From the NCBI GenBank assembly GCA_012295275.1, contig CM022676.1, positions 16,554,001-16,618,000 on the forward strand: a stretch of 64,000 nt of DNA. Reading direction: 5' to 3'. The stretch is from Chrysomallon squamiferum (lineage: Eukaryota; Animalia; Mollusca). The translations under genes were made by a program, and so were the position numbers. Shown here one piece after another: positions 63,704 to 64,000 of this stretch. Numbering within the stretch: position 1 is the stretch's first letter; every line of letters begins with the position of its first letter. The notes beneath the pieces were generated by a model, which was given only the letters and a program-made list of their open reading frames with translations, did no database searches and was not told the DNA's origin.

Positions 63704-63871
63704 GTTTAATGCAACATCATATCAAAGTGCTCACTTTGGACAAGGAACTGGACCAATATGGGTTGATGATCTGAGTTGTGATGGAGATGAAGACAGTGTT
63801 GAAAAGTGTTCATTTCGTGGCTGGGAAAACACAACTGTGTTCTGGGGAGGATGCTGGTATCAGCTGTCAAT
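63704..63871 (+). CDS. SRCR1 exon B of the downstream copy, frameshifted as assembled
   Basis: 168 nt versus 170: one G missing in TGGGGAAAA and one base missing in the CxHxE codons; also S to N, R to S and P to R changes. Confidence 0.75.
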
Positions 63872-64000
63872 GTCAGTTTACATTTGACTTTTTATTTCAT
63901 TGTGTATCAATAACACAATGTTTTAACTTGCTGGCATCAAAATTATAATTCGTGTGTTTAATGGTGTTGTACTGAAGTGTGTATCTATCTTTATTTGCTT

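Larger units (their letters stand above)
56014..64000 (+). repeat. Segmental duplication, copy 2 (runs off the window)
   Basis: Matches 3494-11489. Confidence 0.97.

Overview
AT-rich animal genomic DNA with spliceosomal introns and many ATT/GAA/CA microsatellites. A lophotrochozoan, probably a mollusc, is my inference from composition and gene families only. The window is an innate-immune-type locus. (1) A plus-strand 19-exon gene body (10197-28095) can be spliced by hand with consistent phases into 3x group-A SRCR, 3x (Ig-Ig-FN3), a TM helix and a short tail carrying an ITIM-consensus LKYDNL. (2) A minus-strand ZNFX1-type SF1 helicase / NF-X1 zinc-finger gene (about 35060-40435) is broken by three frameshifts and one nonsense codon; its 3' end runs into a 27-bp minisatellite and a ~40-bp satellite. 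(3) Head-to-head with ZNFX1 lie the promoter and signal-peptide exon (44028-44085) of the next receptor copy, whose SRCR exons begin at 62737. Bases 3494-11489 recur almost identically at 56014-64000, defining a ~52.5-kb unit of receptor plus ZNFX1. The receptor's first intron holds several decayed promoter/exon-1 modules and a fossil ZNFX1 3' end, suggesting the pair has been co-duplicated repeatedly. A third receptor paralogue is cut by a 200-N gap at 3294-3493. All calls come from manual reading; no alignments or database searches were run.
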